Of a DNA stretch of 64,000 nucleotides, positions 28,050 through 37,388 are shown in pieces. The number at the start of each line of letters is the position of its first letter. The first letter of the stretch is position 1. The notes under the pieces are model-generated. The model was not told the origin of the DNA, did no database searches, and worked only from the letters and a program-made list of their open reading frames with translations. Position numbers and translations under genes: made by a program. The stretch is from an uncultured Chloroflexia bacterium. Lineage in GTDB: Bacteria > Chloroflexota > Dormibacteria > Aeolococcales > Aeolococcaceae. The stretch is taken from the NCBI GenBank assembly GCA_963793875.1, contig CAWCBS010000014.1:21106-85105 (forward strand), written 5' to 3'.

Positions 28050-28105
28050 GGACTACCACCTCCTTGCGATTGCAACGGACTCTTCCGCCAGTCTACGTCC
28101 GCCCG

Positions 28106-28390
28106 TTAGAGGAGTGTTTCGGCCTGCTCCGCGCGCGGCCGGCGGGGCCGCGACGACCCCTCCGCGCCCACTGGCTCGTCACTGGCGGGGTGTTCGACCA
28201 GCGCGATGACCCGGGTGGCCATGAAACGCCCGGTGCGGACCGCCTGGCCGGCTCGGGTCACCTCGCTGACCTCGACCACCCCGCGGGCGGTGCTCACCTC
28301 GACCTTGCGTCCCGCTCTGGTGGCGACGATCTCGTAGGTCTCCGCCGCCCCCCCGGTGTCGATGACGATCTCGACCCGGTCTCCCTTCAT
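28106..28390 (-). CDS. hypothetical small protein
   Basis: 94-aa ORF with protein-like composition, in the same direction as its neighbours. No recognised family. Confidence 0.45.
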   Translation of the reverse strand: MKGDRVEIVIDTGGAAETYEIVATRAGRKVEVSTARGVVEVSEVTRAGQAVRTGRFMATRVIALVEHPASDEPVGAEGSSRPRRPRAEQAETLL

Positions 28391-28484
28391 AGCCGGGATC
28401 GTACTCCGCTGACGGTCAGAGCGCAGCGCCAGGTGCGATCGGCGGGCTCTGGGTGCGGCCCTCGCGTACTACACTTCGGCGCAG

Positions 28485-28943
28485 ATGGCGTGGTGGTTGT
28501 TCTGGGTGGTGGTGGCGGTCCTGCTGGCCGCGGGTGAGATCCATACCCAGGCGCTCTACCTCCTCTTCCTGGCGGTGGGCGCGGCCGTGGCCGCCGTCCT
28601 CGGCGCCGTCGGCCTCTCTCTGTGGGTGCAGGTGGTCGCCGGCGCCGCCGCCGCCGTCGGCGGGGTGTTCGCGGTTCGGCCCGTGCTCAAGCAGGCCATG
28701 GAGGGCCGGCTCGCCGCCCCCTACCGGTTCCCGGGCCTAGCCGGCGGGCTGGTGGGCGCTCGCGCCGTCACCGTCGACGCCGTCGGCGACGAGCACCACC
28801 CGGGTCACGCCCTGCTCGGCAACGAGCGGTGGCTGGCCATCACCGACGCCGCCGAGCCCATCCCTACCGACACCCCGGTGGTCGTCGCCGCGGTGCGGGG
28901 CACCACCCTTCTGGTGCGCGCCAGCGGCGCGCCACGTCAATAG
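28485..28943 (+). CDS. NfeD-family membrane protein
   Basis: Two to three N-terminal TM segments plus a C-terminal OB-like domain (GARAVTVDAV..GHALLGNERWLAITD..VVVAAVRGTTLLV). Located immediately upstream of the SPFH gene. Confidence 0.8.
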   Translation: MAWWLFWVVVAVLLAAGEIHTQALYLLFLAVGAAVAAVLGAVGLSLWVQVVAGAAAAVGGVFAVRPVLKQAMEGRLAAPYRFPGLAGGLVGARAVTVDAVGDEHHPGHALLGNERWLAITDAAEPIPTDTPVVVAAVRGTTLLVRASGAPRQ

Positions 28944-28988
28944 GCCGGGTCCGCTGAGCACCCCGGCCGACACCTGAGGAGCTGATCC

Positions 28989-29951
28989 ATGGGCGCGCTC
29001 ATAGCACTGGCCGTCGTCGTCGTCCTCCTGCTGATCGGGCTCGGCACTGCCGTGAACCTGGTCCAGCAGGGCTTCAACGGAGTGGTGACGCGGTTCGGCC
29101 GGTACCACCGCGAGGTCGGCTCCGGCATCTGCCTGATCTGGCCGTTCTTCGACAAGCTGGTCCGGGTCGACATGCGCGAGACCCCGCGCACCGGGGACCG
29201 TCAGGACGTGATCACCCGCGACAACGTCGCCGTCGCCGTGAACGCGACCATCTTCAGCCAGGTGATCGACGCCAAGGCCGCCCTCTTCAACGTCTCCAAC
29301 TACTTCATCGCCATCGACCAGCAGGCCCGCACCACCCTCCGCAACGCCTTCGGCAACGTCTCCCTGGACGATGCCCTCTCCCAGCGCGAGCAGATCAACG
29401 CGGCGATGCAGCAGCAGATGGAGCAGGTCACCGACAAGTGGGGGATCCGGATCAACCGGATCGAGATCGTGGACATCAGCCCGCCGGGGCAGATCCTCCA
29501 GGCGATGGCCCTGCAGAAGCAGGCCGACCAGGAGAAGCGGGCTCGCATCCTCCAGTCCGAGGGGCAGCAGCAGCAGGCGATCAACATCGCCGAGGGCAAC
29601 CGGCAGGCGGCCATCAAGCAGGCGGAGGGCGAGCGGCAGGCGACCATCCTCCGGGCTGAGGGGGCGCGGCAGGCGGCGATCCTGGAGGCCGAGGGGCGGG
29701 CCCTCGCGATCACCAACGTGTACCAGTCGATCAAGGCGGCGGCGCCGGACCCCACCTTGGTCGCCATTCTCCAGCTCGACACCCTGAGCAAGTTCGCCGA
29801 CAGCGACAACACGACCATCGTGGTCCCCGCCGAGTCCGCCGCTCTGATGGGCGCGGCGCAGGCGCTTCGCGGTGTTCTGGGCGCCGTCCCGTCGGAGGGT
29901 GCCCCGCCGGTGAAGCTCCCGGCCGTGCAGGGACCGCCATCCGCGAGGTGA
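28989..29951 (+). CDS. SPFH/band 7 (stomatin/HflK/C-like) protein
   Basis: An N-terminal TM, then VVTRFGRY..DVITRDNVAVAVNA..LDDALSQREQIN..GIRINRIEIVDISPP and a coiled-coil AEG-repeat region. Confidence 0.9.
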   Translation: MGALIALAVVVVLLLIGLGTAVNLVQQGFNGVVTRFGRYHREVGSGICLIWPFFDKLVRVDMRETPRTGDRQDVITRDNVAVAVNATIFSQVIDAKAALFNVSNYFIAIDQQARTTLRNAFGNVSLDDALSQREQINAAMQQQMEQVTDKWGIRINRIEIVDISPPGQILQAMALQKQADQEKRARILQSEGQQQQAINIAEGNRQAAIKQAEGERQATILRAEGARQAAILEAEGRALAITNVYQSIKAAAPDPTLVAILQLDTLSKFADSDNTTIVVPAESAALMGAAQALRGVLGAVPSEGAPPVKLPAVQGPPSAR

Positions 29952-30311
29952 CGGTGTGCTGACGCCCCGCCCGGTCGCCGCGGCGTAGCGTTGCCGGGCA
30001 ATGACTGATCGCGCCTCGTCCCAGGACGACCCCCACCTTGGTCGCCATTCTCCAGCTCGACACCCTGAGCAAGTTCGCCGACAGCGACAACACGACCATC
30101 GTGGTCCCCGCCGAGTCCGCCGCTCTGATGGGCGCGGCGCAGGCGCTTCGCGGTGTTCTGGGCGCCGTCCCGTCGGAGGGTGCCCCGCCGGTGAAGCTCC
30201 CGGCCGTGCAGGGACCGCCATCCGCGAGGTGACGGTGTGCTGACGCCCCGCCCGGTCGCCGCGGCGTAGCGTTGCCGGGCAATGACTGATCGCGCCTCCT
30301 CCCAGGACGAC
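29750..30311 (+). repeat. tandem duplication, 2 x 281 bp (29750-30030 and 30031-30311)
   Basis: Manual alignment found a single mismatch (30018 G vs 30299 C). The unit holds the last ~67 codons of the SPFH gene, the 49-bp spacer and the first 10 codons of rarA. Confidence 0.95.
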
Positions 30312-31745
30312 CTCTTCGGAGGCATCGGGGGGGAGGGCGGTCGGCCGGCCGACGGACGGCGCGTCACGGACGGGAGCCCGGGCACCGCCGGGGAGAGCTC
30401 CCCGCGGGCGGGGGCGAGCTGGTCCGCCGGACCCGGGGACGCACCCTCGCTGGCGATCGGACCGTCGGCGCCGCTGGCCACCCGGATGCGGCCCCGCAGC
30501 CTCGACGAGCTGGTCGGCCAGGACGCGGTGATCGGGTCCGGCAGCGTCCTCCGGGAGGCGGTGGAGGCGGATCAGCTGCCCTCCCTGATCCTCTGGGGAC
30601 CCCCGGGGAGCGGCAAGACGACGCTCGCCATGCTGCTCGCGGCTAGCACCCAGGCCAGCTTCGAGCCGGTGAGCGCGGTCGCGGCCGGGGTGGCCGACCT
30701 CCGCCAGATCGTCGCCCGGGCGAAGGAGCGCCGGCGCCTGGGCCGGGCGACCGTGCTCTTCATCGACGAAATCCACCGGTTCAACAAGGCGCAGCAGGAC
30801 GCCGTGCTCCCCCATGTGGAGAGTGGTCTGGTCCACCTTCTGGGCGCCACCACCGAGAACCCGAGCTTCGAGGTTAACGCGGCCCTGCTCTCGCGGGCCC
30901 GGGTGGTCCGGCTCGAGGCGCTCGACGCCGACGCGCTCCGAATCCTGGTCCACCGCGCTCTCGCGGACGCTGATCGGGGCCTCGCCCGCCACCATGTCGG
31001 CCTGGACCCCGCCGCCGAGACCCGCCTCGTGGGTCTGGCCGGCGGGGATGCCCGAATCGCGCTCGACGCCCTGGAGCTGGCCGTGGTCGCGGTGGCCCGT
31101 CGGGGAGGGGAGACGGTCGGGGTCGCCGATGTCGAGGGGGCGCTGCAATCGCCGGCGCTCCTCTATGACAAGGCGGGGGACCAGCACTACTGGCTGATCT
31201 CGGCCTTCATCAAGTCGATCCGAGGCTCGGACCCGGACGCCGGGATCTACTGGCTGGCTCGGATGGTGGAGTCGGGCGAGGATCCGCTGTTCGTGGCGCG
31301 CCGTCTGGTGGTGCTCGCCGCCGAGGACATCGGCCTGGCTGACCCCCAGGCGCTCTCGGTGGCGGTCGCGGCTCAGCAGGCGGCGCACTTCGTGGGGATG
31401 CCCGAGGGTTACCTCCCGCTCGCCGAGGCCACCCTCTACCTGGCGCTCGCTCCCAAGAGCAACTCGGCGCTGCGGGCCTACGGTGCCGCTCGCCAGGACG
31501 TGCTCGACACCCTCCACGAGCCGGTGCCCCTCCACCTGCGCAACGCGGTCACCGCCATGGGCCGGGCGATGGGGTTCGGCGCCGGCTACCGCTACGCGCA
31601 CGACGAGCCGGGCGGCGTGGCCGAGCAGCAGCACCTGCCGGACCGCCTCGCCGGCCGGCGCTACTACGAGCCCGGGGAGCGCGGTGCGGAGGCCGCCATC
31701 GCGCTGCGCCTGACCGAGATCCGGCGGCGCCTGCGGGGCGAGTAG
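30282..31745 (+). CDS. rarA: replication-associated recombination protein A (AAA+ ATPase)
   Basis: LATRMRPRSLDELVGQ, Walker A GPPGSGKTT, FIDEIHRFNKAQQD, ATTENPSFEVNAALLSR and the MgsA C-terminal domain (YDKAGDQHY..ISAFIKSIRGSDPDA). Confidence 0.9.
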   Translation: MTDRASSQDDLFGGIGGEGGRPADGRRVTDGSPGTAGESSPRAGASWSAGPGDAPSLAIGPSAPLATRMRPRSLDELVGQDAVIGSGSVLREAVEADQLPSLILWGPPGSGKTTLAMLLAASTQASFEPVSAVAAGVADLRQIVARAKERRRLGRATVLFIDEIHRFNKAQQDAVLPHVESGLVHLLGATTENPSFEVNAALLSRARVVRLEALDADALRILVHRALADADRGLARHHVGLDPAAETRLVGLAGGDARIALDALELAVVAVARRGGETVGVADVEGALQSPALLYDKAGDQHYWLISAFIKSIRGSDPDAGIYWLARMVESGEDPLFVARRLVVLAAEDIGLADPQALSVAVAAQQAAHFVGMPEGYLPLAEATLYLALAPKSNSALRAYGAARQDVLDTLHEPVPLHLRNAVTAMGRAMGFGAGYRYAHDEPGGVAEQQHLPDRLAGRRYYEPGERGAEAAIALRLTEIRRRLRGE

Positions 31746-31882
31746 TCGCACCCAGTCCGGCGCGCTGCCGCAATAGCGATGCGGGGTGCGCGGCGGGCCC
31801 TCGCGTACCATGAAGCTGCTTCTCGATTCAGTCTCGGAGCCCACCGACTGATGCACCCAGCTGCCCACTTGGTCTGAACGCC

Positions 31883-32839
31883 ATGCCCCAGAGTCCTCGT
31901 GCTCCCGCGCCCCGCGCCCGCCCCCGCTCCTCGCCGGCACAGCCGGCGGGCCGCCCCCTCACCAAGAAGCAGCGGCGGCGCCAGGCCCAGCAGGCGGTCA
32001 CCGTGTCGCCGCGCCCCTGGTACCTGGGGCCGTACGCGATGGGCGGCGGAGCCCTGGCCGTGGTGGCGGTGATCGTGGCGGTGGTCATCCTGGTCACCGG
32101 CAGCAGTGTCCAGGCGGTGTCCACGCCGACCCCGGTGCCGGCGTCGGTGCTGACGGCGGTCACCCACCCCAGCACCGGTCTCTTCTCCGAGGTCGGCGCC
32201 GGCGGCCAGTCCGGGCAGCTCAGCCGGCTCAGCGGTACCAGCGTCCTCAAGGACTCGAGCGGCAAGCCGGAGGTGATCTTCGTCGGCGCGGAGTACTGCC
32301 CCTACTGCGCCGCCGAACGCTGGAGCATGATCATGGCCCTCTCCCGCTTCGGGACCTTCAGCGGGCTCAAGGAGATGTCGTCGGAGAGCAACGACGTCGA
32401 TCCCGACACCAGCTCGTTCACCTTCGTGGACAGCAGCTACACGAGCCAGTGGGTCGACTTCAGCCCGACCGAGCTGTACGACCGGAGTGACAACCCCCTG
32501 CAGACACCGGACTCCCAGGTCGAGCAGATCTACACGACGTACGACCAGCCACCCTACACGGCGTCCAACGGCTTCCCCTTCCTCTACATCGCGGGGAGGT
32601 TCGTCCTCTTCCAGACCAGCTACGACCCCGGCATCCTCCAGGGGCTGAGCTGGAAGCAGATCGCGGGCGACCTCAGCGACCCGACCAGCAGCGTCACCCA
32701 GGCGATCGTGGGCAATGCCAACTACCTGACGGCGGCGATCTGCTACGCCACCGGGAACGAGCCGGTCTCGGTCTGCACGTCGGGGTCGATCCCGAGCCTC
32801 GAGGCGAGCCTCAACGCCCAGGCCACCGTCGGCAGCTGA
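31883..32839 (+). CDS. DUF929 domain protein with CPYC motif, N-terminal TM anchor
   Basis: [49 protein letters not shown] is the characteristic DUF929 core. There is a basic N-terminus followed by a TM. Confidence 0.8.
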   Translation: MPQSPRAPAPRARPRSSPAQPAGRPLTKKQRRRQAQQAVTVSPRPWYLGPYAMGGGALAVVAVIVAVVILVTGSSVQAVSTPTPVPASVLTAVTHPSTGLFSEVGAGGQSGQLSRLSGTSVLKDSSGKPEVIFVGAEYCPYCAAERWSMIMALSRFGTFSGLKEMSSESNDVDPDTSSFTFVDSSYTSQWVDFSPTELYDRSDNPLQTPDSQVEQIYTTYDQPPYTASNGFPFLYIAGRFVLFQTSYDPGILQGLSWKQIAGDLSDPTSSVTQAIVGNANYLTAAICYATGNEPVSVCTSGSIPSLEASLNAQATVGS

Positions 32840-32876
32840 GCGTGCTCTCCGACGTCCGCCAGGGGCGCTCCGCCCG

Positions 32877-33458
32877 ATGACGCTCCTGGGTGTCGCCACC
32901 CCCCTGGCGGTGCTGGCCCTGATCGCCGACGCCATCGTCCTGGCGGCGCTGCTCGGCCTGCTGCTCAGCCGCGTCTCCGCCACCGCCAGGGGCTGGTGGG
33001 ATGGCCTGCGCGACCTGGTGGCGCCGCTCGCGCTCCCCGGCGCCTTCCTCGTGTCGCTGATCGCGGTCTCGGGAAGCCTCTACTTCCAGTTCGGAGCCGA
33101 CCTGGTCCCCTGCCAGCTGTGCTGGTTCCAGCGCATCTGCATGTACCCGATGGTGGTGCTGCTCGGCGTCTCCATGATCCGCCGGGACCTGGTCAGCGCC
33201 CGCCTGTACGCGCTGCCACTCGGGGTCGTGGGGCTCGGCCTCTCCATCTACCACTACCTGCTGGAGCGGTTCCCCGGGCAGATCCACCTCAACTGCGGTG
33301 CCGGTCAGCCCGACTGCGCGGTGACCCCCTTCAACATCTTCGGCTTCGTCTCCATCCCCTTTCTGGCGCTGGCGGGGTTCCTGCTCATCCTCACCCTGCT
33401 GCTCTTCGGCCGCGCCGATGACGAGGAGGGTTGGGAGGAGGCGCCGGCCGCCTTCTGA
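32877..33458 (+). CDS. disulfide bond formation protein, DsbB/BdbC family
   Basis: Four TM segments, CxxC in the first loop (PCQLCWFQRICMYP) and a second Cys pair (NCGAGQPDC). Confidence 0.8.
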   Translation: MTLLGVATPLAVLALIADAIVLAALLGLLLSRVSATARGWWDGLRDLVAPLALPGAFLVSLIAVSGSLYFQFGADLVPCQLCWFQRICMYPMVVLLGVSMIRRDLVSARLYALPLGVVGLGLSIYHYLLERFPGQIHLNCGAGQPDCAVTPFNIFGFVSIPFLALAGFLLILTLLLFGRADDEEGWEEAPAAF

Positions 33459-33521
33459 CCTCGGAGCCGCAGCCCGGGTTCCCCCGCCTCGAGCTCGCGA
33501 TCCGAGCGGGCCCGGTCGCGC

Positions 33522-34295
33522 TCACGCTGGCCGTGCCAGTAGGAGGCCGGCCCGCGCCGCCCGATCGTCGTCCCCGCCCCCGGGGGAGTCACGGACGTCC
33601 CGCCAGCCCGTGGCGGCGAGCAGCGGGCCGGCTGCGTCGGCGCTCAGCACGGTGCGGACCGGCTCGCCGACCGCAGCGACCCTCGCCTGGAAACGCTCGC
33701 GGCGCTCCGCCGAGGCGCCGCCGACCGAGAGGCTGATCGCCAGCCGGCTCTCCGGCGCCGCCCGCGCGCGCAACCCGCGCAGGAGCCTCTCGAGGACGTC
33801 CGGCTCCAGGTAGACGGCGACGCCCTCGCAGAGGAAGAGGGTGGCGACGTCAGCGCGCTGGCCGGCGGCGGCGAGCCCGCCGGCGACGTCGTCGACGGCG
33901 AAATCGGCGCTGACGAAGGCCACTCCCGACGCTGTCAGTCCGAGCCGCGCCAGCCGCTCGAGCTTGTCGGCCTGGGTCGCCGTGTCGTCCACCTCGAACC
34001 AGCTGACCCCCGGCTTGGCGTAGCGGAGGGCCCGGCCGTCGTAGCCGGCCCCGGCGACGACCACTTGGGTCAGGCCCCCCTGGAGTGAGCGGACGACCAC
34101 CGAGTCGAAGAAGCGGGTGCGCGCGGCGAGGTACGCGAACATCGGGCTCTGGGGGTCGACGGGCTGCTCCCCGGCGACGTCACGGCCGAGGCGATCGTCC
34201 GCGGCCGGATCGCCGTGGTCAGCCGGGACGCGGGCGAGGAGGGCACGCTGAGCGGCCACGCGCTGGGCGGTGAGCGACGCCTGCTCCCGCCTCAC
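33522..34295 (-). CDS. class I SAM-dependent O-methyltransferase (leucine carboxyl methyltransferase-like)
   Basis: RTRFFD..QVVVAGAGYDGRALRY..WFEVD..LFLCEGVAVYL is the typical LCMT/TIGR00027-like pattern. Confidence 0.8.
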   Translation of the reverse strand: MRREQASLTAQRVAAQRALLARVPADHGDPAADDRLGRDVAGEQPVDPQSPMFAYLAARTRFFDSVVVRSLQGGLTQVVVAGAGYDGRALRYAKPGVSWFEVDDTATQADKLERLARLGLTASGVAFVSADFAVDDVAGGLAAAGQRADVATLFLCEGVAVYLEPDVLERLLRGLRARAAPESRLAISLSVGGASAERRERFQARVAAVGEPVRTVLSADAAGPLLAATGWRDVRDSPGGGDDDRAARAGLLLARPA

Positions 34296-34340
34296 GGGGT
34301 CGAGATGGTGAAGGGCGGCATGTCTCGTAGGGGAGCGATT

Positions 34341-34414
34341 TGGAGGCGACGGTGGGAATCGAACCCACGATCAGGGTTTTGCAGACCCGTGCCTTACCAC
34401 TTGGCTACGTCGCC
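34341..34414 (-). tRNA. tRNA-Cys (anticodon GCA), CCA encoded
   Basis: Reverse complement GGCGACG-TA-GCCAAGTGGTAAGGC-A-CGGGT-CTGCAAA-ACCCT-GATC-GTGGG-TTCGATT-CCCAC-CGTCGCC-T-CCA. There is one C.U mismatch at the top of the anticodon stem. Confidence 0.9.
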
Positions 34415-34553
34415 GTATAGGGGATTCTCGCGTACCGGGCCTCCTCCCTGGCACCCTGAGGGCTGCGCCCTGCCGGGTGAGGTCGCCGCAGGAGGGCGGC
34501 TGAGGCGCGACCGCTCCACCGAGGAAGGGGAGTGGACGAGGATACCGGGGACG

Positions 34554-34572
34554 GGCGGGCGAGACGCCCGCC
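34554..34572 (-). terminator. 8-bp all-GC hairpin with a triloop, downstream of the saccharopine dehydrogenase-like gene
   Basis: GGCGGGCG-AGA-CGCCCGCC, about 50 bp past the minus-strand stop. No U-tract. Confidence 0.35.
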
Positions 34573-34623
34573 GGCCCCCGAATGCGTGCGAGAGATTGCC
34601 CGGGTAGACCGGCCCACCCCGGA

Positions 34624-35838
34624 TCAGCCGGCCTGGGGTACGCGCTCCTCACACCCCCAGGGGGCACCGTGAGTATTCAGCAGGTCCAGGAAGGGTTCCG
34701 GTGGGAAGGCCTCGGGACCGAGGACACCGGCTCCCGACCAGACCTTCGACTCCAGCAGCTCCAGTGCGACCAGCGGGTTCACCGCGGTCTGCCACACCAC
34801 CGCCTGCGAGCCGTACTCCGCCATGCAGGTCTCGTTGTCGACCACGTGGTAGAGGTAGACCTCCCTCGGCTTGCCGTCCTTGCCGGTGCCGCGCACCCAG
34901 GTGCCGGCGCAGGTCAGCCCGGACATGCGGTCGCCCAGCTCCGCCGGATCGGGCAGGCAGGCGGCGACCACGTCCCGCGGCGACACCCGGGCGGGGCCGA
35001 CACTCACCGGGGCCGTCGAGTCCAGGCCCAGCTTGTGGAGGGTCTGGAGGACACCGATGAACTCGTCGCCCAGCCCGTACTTGAAGGTTACCCGGCCGCA
35101 GTCGATCTGGCGCGGCACCAGGATCACCTCCTCGTGCTCGACGTTGACGCACTCGATAGCCCCGATCCCCTCGGGGAAGCTGAAGACTTCCGGCTCACTG
35201 AAGGGCGGCGTGGTGAACCATCCCTTGCCGCGTTCGAAGATTATGGGTGGATTGAGACATTCCTCAATGGTGGTCCAGATCGAGAATGTGGGCGCGAACT
35301 CGTAGCCCTCGACGACCAGGTTGGCGCCGTCCCGGACCCCGACCTCGTCGATGGTGGAGAACAGCCGGTCCGAGGCGTAGCGGGCGAAGACGTCGGCCAG
35401 GCCGGGCTCCACCCCCATCCCGGCCAGGGCCAGCAGCCCCTTGCTCTCCCACTCCGCGGCGAGGGCGAACTGCTCGTCGCCGAGCTTGACCCCGGGCTTC
35501 GAGAACGGCTCGTCGGGGTGGGGGTGCGAGAGCGACATCGCCATGTCCAGGTAGGTGACCCGGGAGGCCAGGGCCGCCCGGAAGAGGGGCATGACGAAGC
35601 GGGGGTCGACGGCGTTGACCAGCACGTCGCACCTCTCCGCCTCCAAGAGTTGCGATACCGCCTTCTCGTCGCCGGCGTCGAGATGAACGGCGTGAAACCG
35701 GTCCCCGGCCGCGGCGGCGCGTTGAGCACGCGCCACGTCGTAATCGGCGATCACGATCCTTTCGAAGAGGTTCCAGCGCGACGCCGTGCGGGCGATCGCG
35801 GTTCCGACTCCACCAGCGCCGACAAGCAGAACTCGCAT
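34624..35838 (-). CDS. saccharopine dehydrogenase family NAD(P)-binding protein
   Basis: Starts [16 protein letters not shown] (Rossmann). The domain organisation and length (404 aa) are typical of Sacchrp_dh_NADP plus C-domain proteins. The rest of ORF 34624-37350 is antisense to the ALDH gene. Confidence 0.85.
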   Translation of the reverse strand: MRVLLVGAGGVGTAIARTASRWNLFERIVIADYDVARAQRAAAAGDRFHAVHLDAGDEKAVSQLLEAERCDVLVNAVDPRFVMPLFRAALASRVTYLDMAMSLSHPHPDEPFSKPGVKLGDEQFALAAEWESKGLLALAGMGVEPGLADVFARYASDRLFSTIDEVGVRDGANLVVEGYEFAPTFSIWTTIEECLNPPIIFERGKGWFTTPPFSEPEVFSFPEGIGAIECVNVEHEEVILVPRQIDCGRVTFKYGLGDEFIGVLQTLHKLGLDSTAPVSVGPARVSPRDVVAACLPDPAELGDRMSGLTCAGTWVRGTGKDGKPREVYLYHVVDNETCMAEYGSQAVVWQTAVNPLVALELLESKVWSGAGVLGPEAFPPEPFLDLLNTHGAPWGCEERVPQAG

Positions 35839-35931
35839 GGCAGAAAACCCTCCAGGGCGGCGATTATACTGGCGCCCGAAGGGCGTTGTGGGCGTCCCCG
35901 ACAGGAGGCGTCGGTAGCTGGGGAGGTCGTC

Positions 35932-37374
35932 GTGAGCGTGATGCGCGACAGGTGGGGCAACTTTGTCGGTGGTGAGTATGTCGATCCCAAGGACGGGGCT
36001 TTCAGTCAGCTGATCGACCCAGTCACGGGTGAGGCTTTCACCGCGGTGCCGCTCTCCAAGCCGGAGGATGTGGACCACGCCTGCCGGGTGGCGGAGAAGG
36101 CGTTCGAGGTCTGGCGGGAGGCCACGCCTTCGGAGCGGAGCCTGGCCCTGCTCCGTCTCGCCGACGCCATGGAGCGCCGGGGCGACGAGATCGTCGACCT
36201 GGAGTGCCGCAACACCGGCAAGCCGCGGGCGCTGACCGCGTCCGAGGAGCTGCCGCCTGTCCTCGACCAGATCCGCTTCTTCGCCGGGGCCTGCCGGCTG
36301 CTCGAGGGGCGCGCCGCCGCCGAGTACATGCACGGCTACACGTCCTTCGTGCGCCGCGAGCCGGTCGGGGTCTGCGCCCAGATCACGCCCTGGAACTACC
36401 CGATGATGATGGCGGTCTGGAAGTTCGCCCCCGCCATCGCCGCCGGCAACACGGTGGTCCTCAAGCCGGCTCACACCACTCCGCTGACCAGCCTGCTGAT
36501 GGCCGAGATCGCCGCGGAGTTCCTCCCGCCCGGGGTGTTCAACGTGATCTGCGGCAGCAACCGCGACATGGGCAGCGCCCTGATCGGCCATCCCATCCCG
36601 CGCATGGTCTCCATCACCGGCAGCGTGCGTGCCGGGCGCGAAGTCGCCCTCACCGCCGCCGCCGACATCAAGCGGGTGCACCTGGAGCTGGGCGGCAAGG
36701 CCCCGGTGGTCGTCTTCGACGACGTCGATGTCGAGAAGGCGGCCGCGGGCATCGGCATGGCCGCGTTCTTCAACGCGGGCCAGGACTGCACGGCGGCGAC
36801 CCGGGTGATCGCCGGACCGCGCGTCTACGCCGACATCGTGGAGGCGCTGTCGGAGCGGGCCAAGGCACAGGTGGTGGGCGCGCCCGACCTGCCCAACGTC
36901 GACTTCGGCCCCCTCAACAGCGAGAACCAGCTGAAGGTGGTGGCCGGCTACGTGGACCGGCTCCCCGCCCACGCCGAGGTGCGCCACGGCGGGCACCGGA
37001 TCGGAGACCGGGGCTTCTTCTACGAGCCCACCGTGGTCACCGGGGTGGAGCAGTCCGACGAGATCATCCAGGAGGAGGTGTTCGGCCCGGTGATCACCGT
37101 GCAGCGCTTCACCGACGAGGACCAGGCGGTCGCCTGGGCCAACGGGGTGGAGTACGGGCTGGCCTCGTCGGTGTGGACTCGCGACCACGGCCGGGCGATG
37201 CGGATGGCCAAGCGGCTGGACTTCGGCTGCGTCTGGATCAACACCCACATCCCGCTGGTCGCCGAGATGCCCCACGGGGGATTCCGGCACTCCGGCTACG
37301 GCAAGGATCTGTCGGTATACGGGTTCGAGGACTACACCCGGGTCAAGCACGTGATGACGGCGCTCGACGTCTGA
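35932..37374 (+). CDS. NAD-dependent aldehyde dehydrogenase (aminobutyraldehyde/PatD-like)
   Basis: ITPWNYP, ELGGKAP, catalytic Cys context [13 protein letters not shown] and EEVFGPV. GTG 35932 is 5 nt after GGGGAGG. Confidence 0.9.
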   Translation: MSVMRDRWGNFVGGEYVDPKDGAFSQLIDPVTGEAFTAVPLSKPEDVDHACRVAEKAFEVWREATPSERSLALLRLADAMERRGDEIVDLECRNTGKPRALTASEELPPVLDQIRFFAGACRLLEGRAAAEYMHGYTSFVRREPVGVCAQITPWNYPMMMAVWKFAPAIAAGNTVVLKPAHTTPLTSLLMAEIAAEFLPPGVFNVICGSNRDMGSALIGHPIPRMVSITGSVRAGREVALTAAADIKRVHLELGGKAPVVVFDDVDVEKAAAGIGMAAFFNAGQDCTAATRVIAGPRVYADIVEALSERAKAQVVGAPDLPNVDFGPLNSENQLKVVAGYVDRLPAHAEVRHGGHRIGDRGFFYEPTVVTGVEQSDEIIQEEVFGPVITVQRFTDEDQAVAWANGVEYGLASSVWTRDHGRAMRMAKRLDFGCVWINTHIPLVAEMPHGGFRHSGYGKDLSVYGFEDYTRVKHVMTALDV

Positions 37375-37388
37375 GCAGAGGTACGGTC

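Noticed and set aside
30001-30243. ORFs 30001-30243 and 30038-30232, considered as genuine small genes.
   Set aside because: Both lie entirely inside the second/first copy junction of the 281-bp tandem duplication. One is a decoy rarA start read out of frame through the duplicated SPFH tail. The other is the orphan SPFH C-terminus.
28737-31940. 1067-aa minus-strand ORF, plus similar giants (1332-2939, 9800-11626, 38823-41075, 44590-45372, 62108-62914 and others).
   Set aside because: They lie antisense to genes with clear family signatures (SPFH, rarA, ABC ATPase, PBP, permease and others). Their translations are Arg/Gly/Pro/Asp-rich without motifs. This is the expected stop-codon-poor antisense artefact of very high GC DNA.
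34582-35931. N-terminal 450 codons of ORF 34582-37374, and likewise 36204-37388 of ORF 36204-38708.
   Set aside because: These are antisense to the saccharopine dehydrogenase-like gene, or out-of-frame overlaps of the ALDH gene. The real starts (35932 and 37389) have RBS-like sequences and canonical N-termini.
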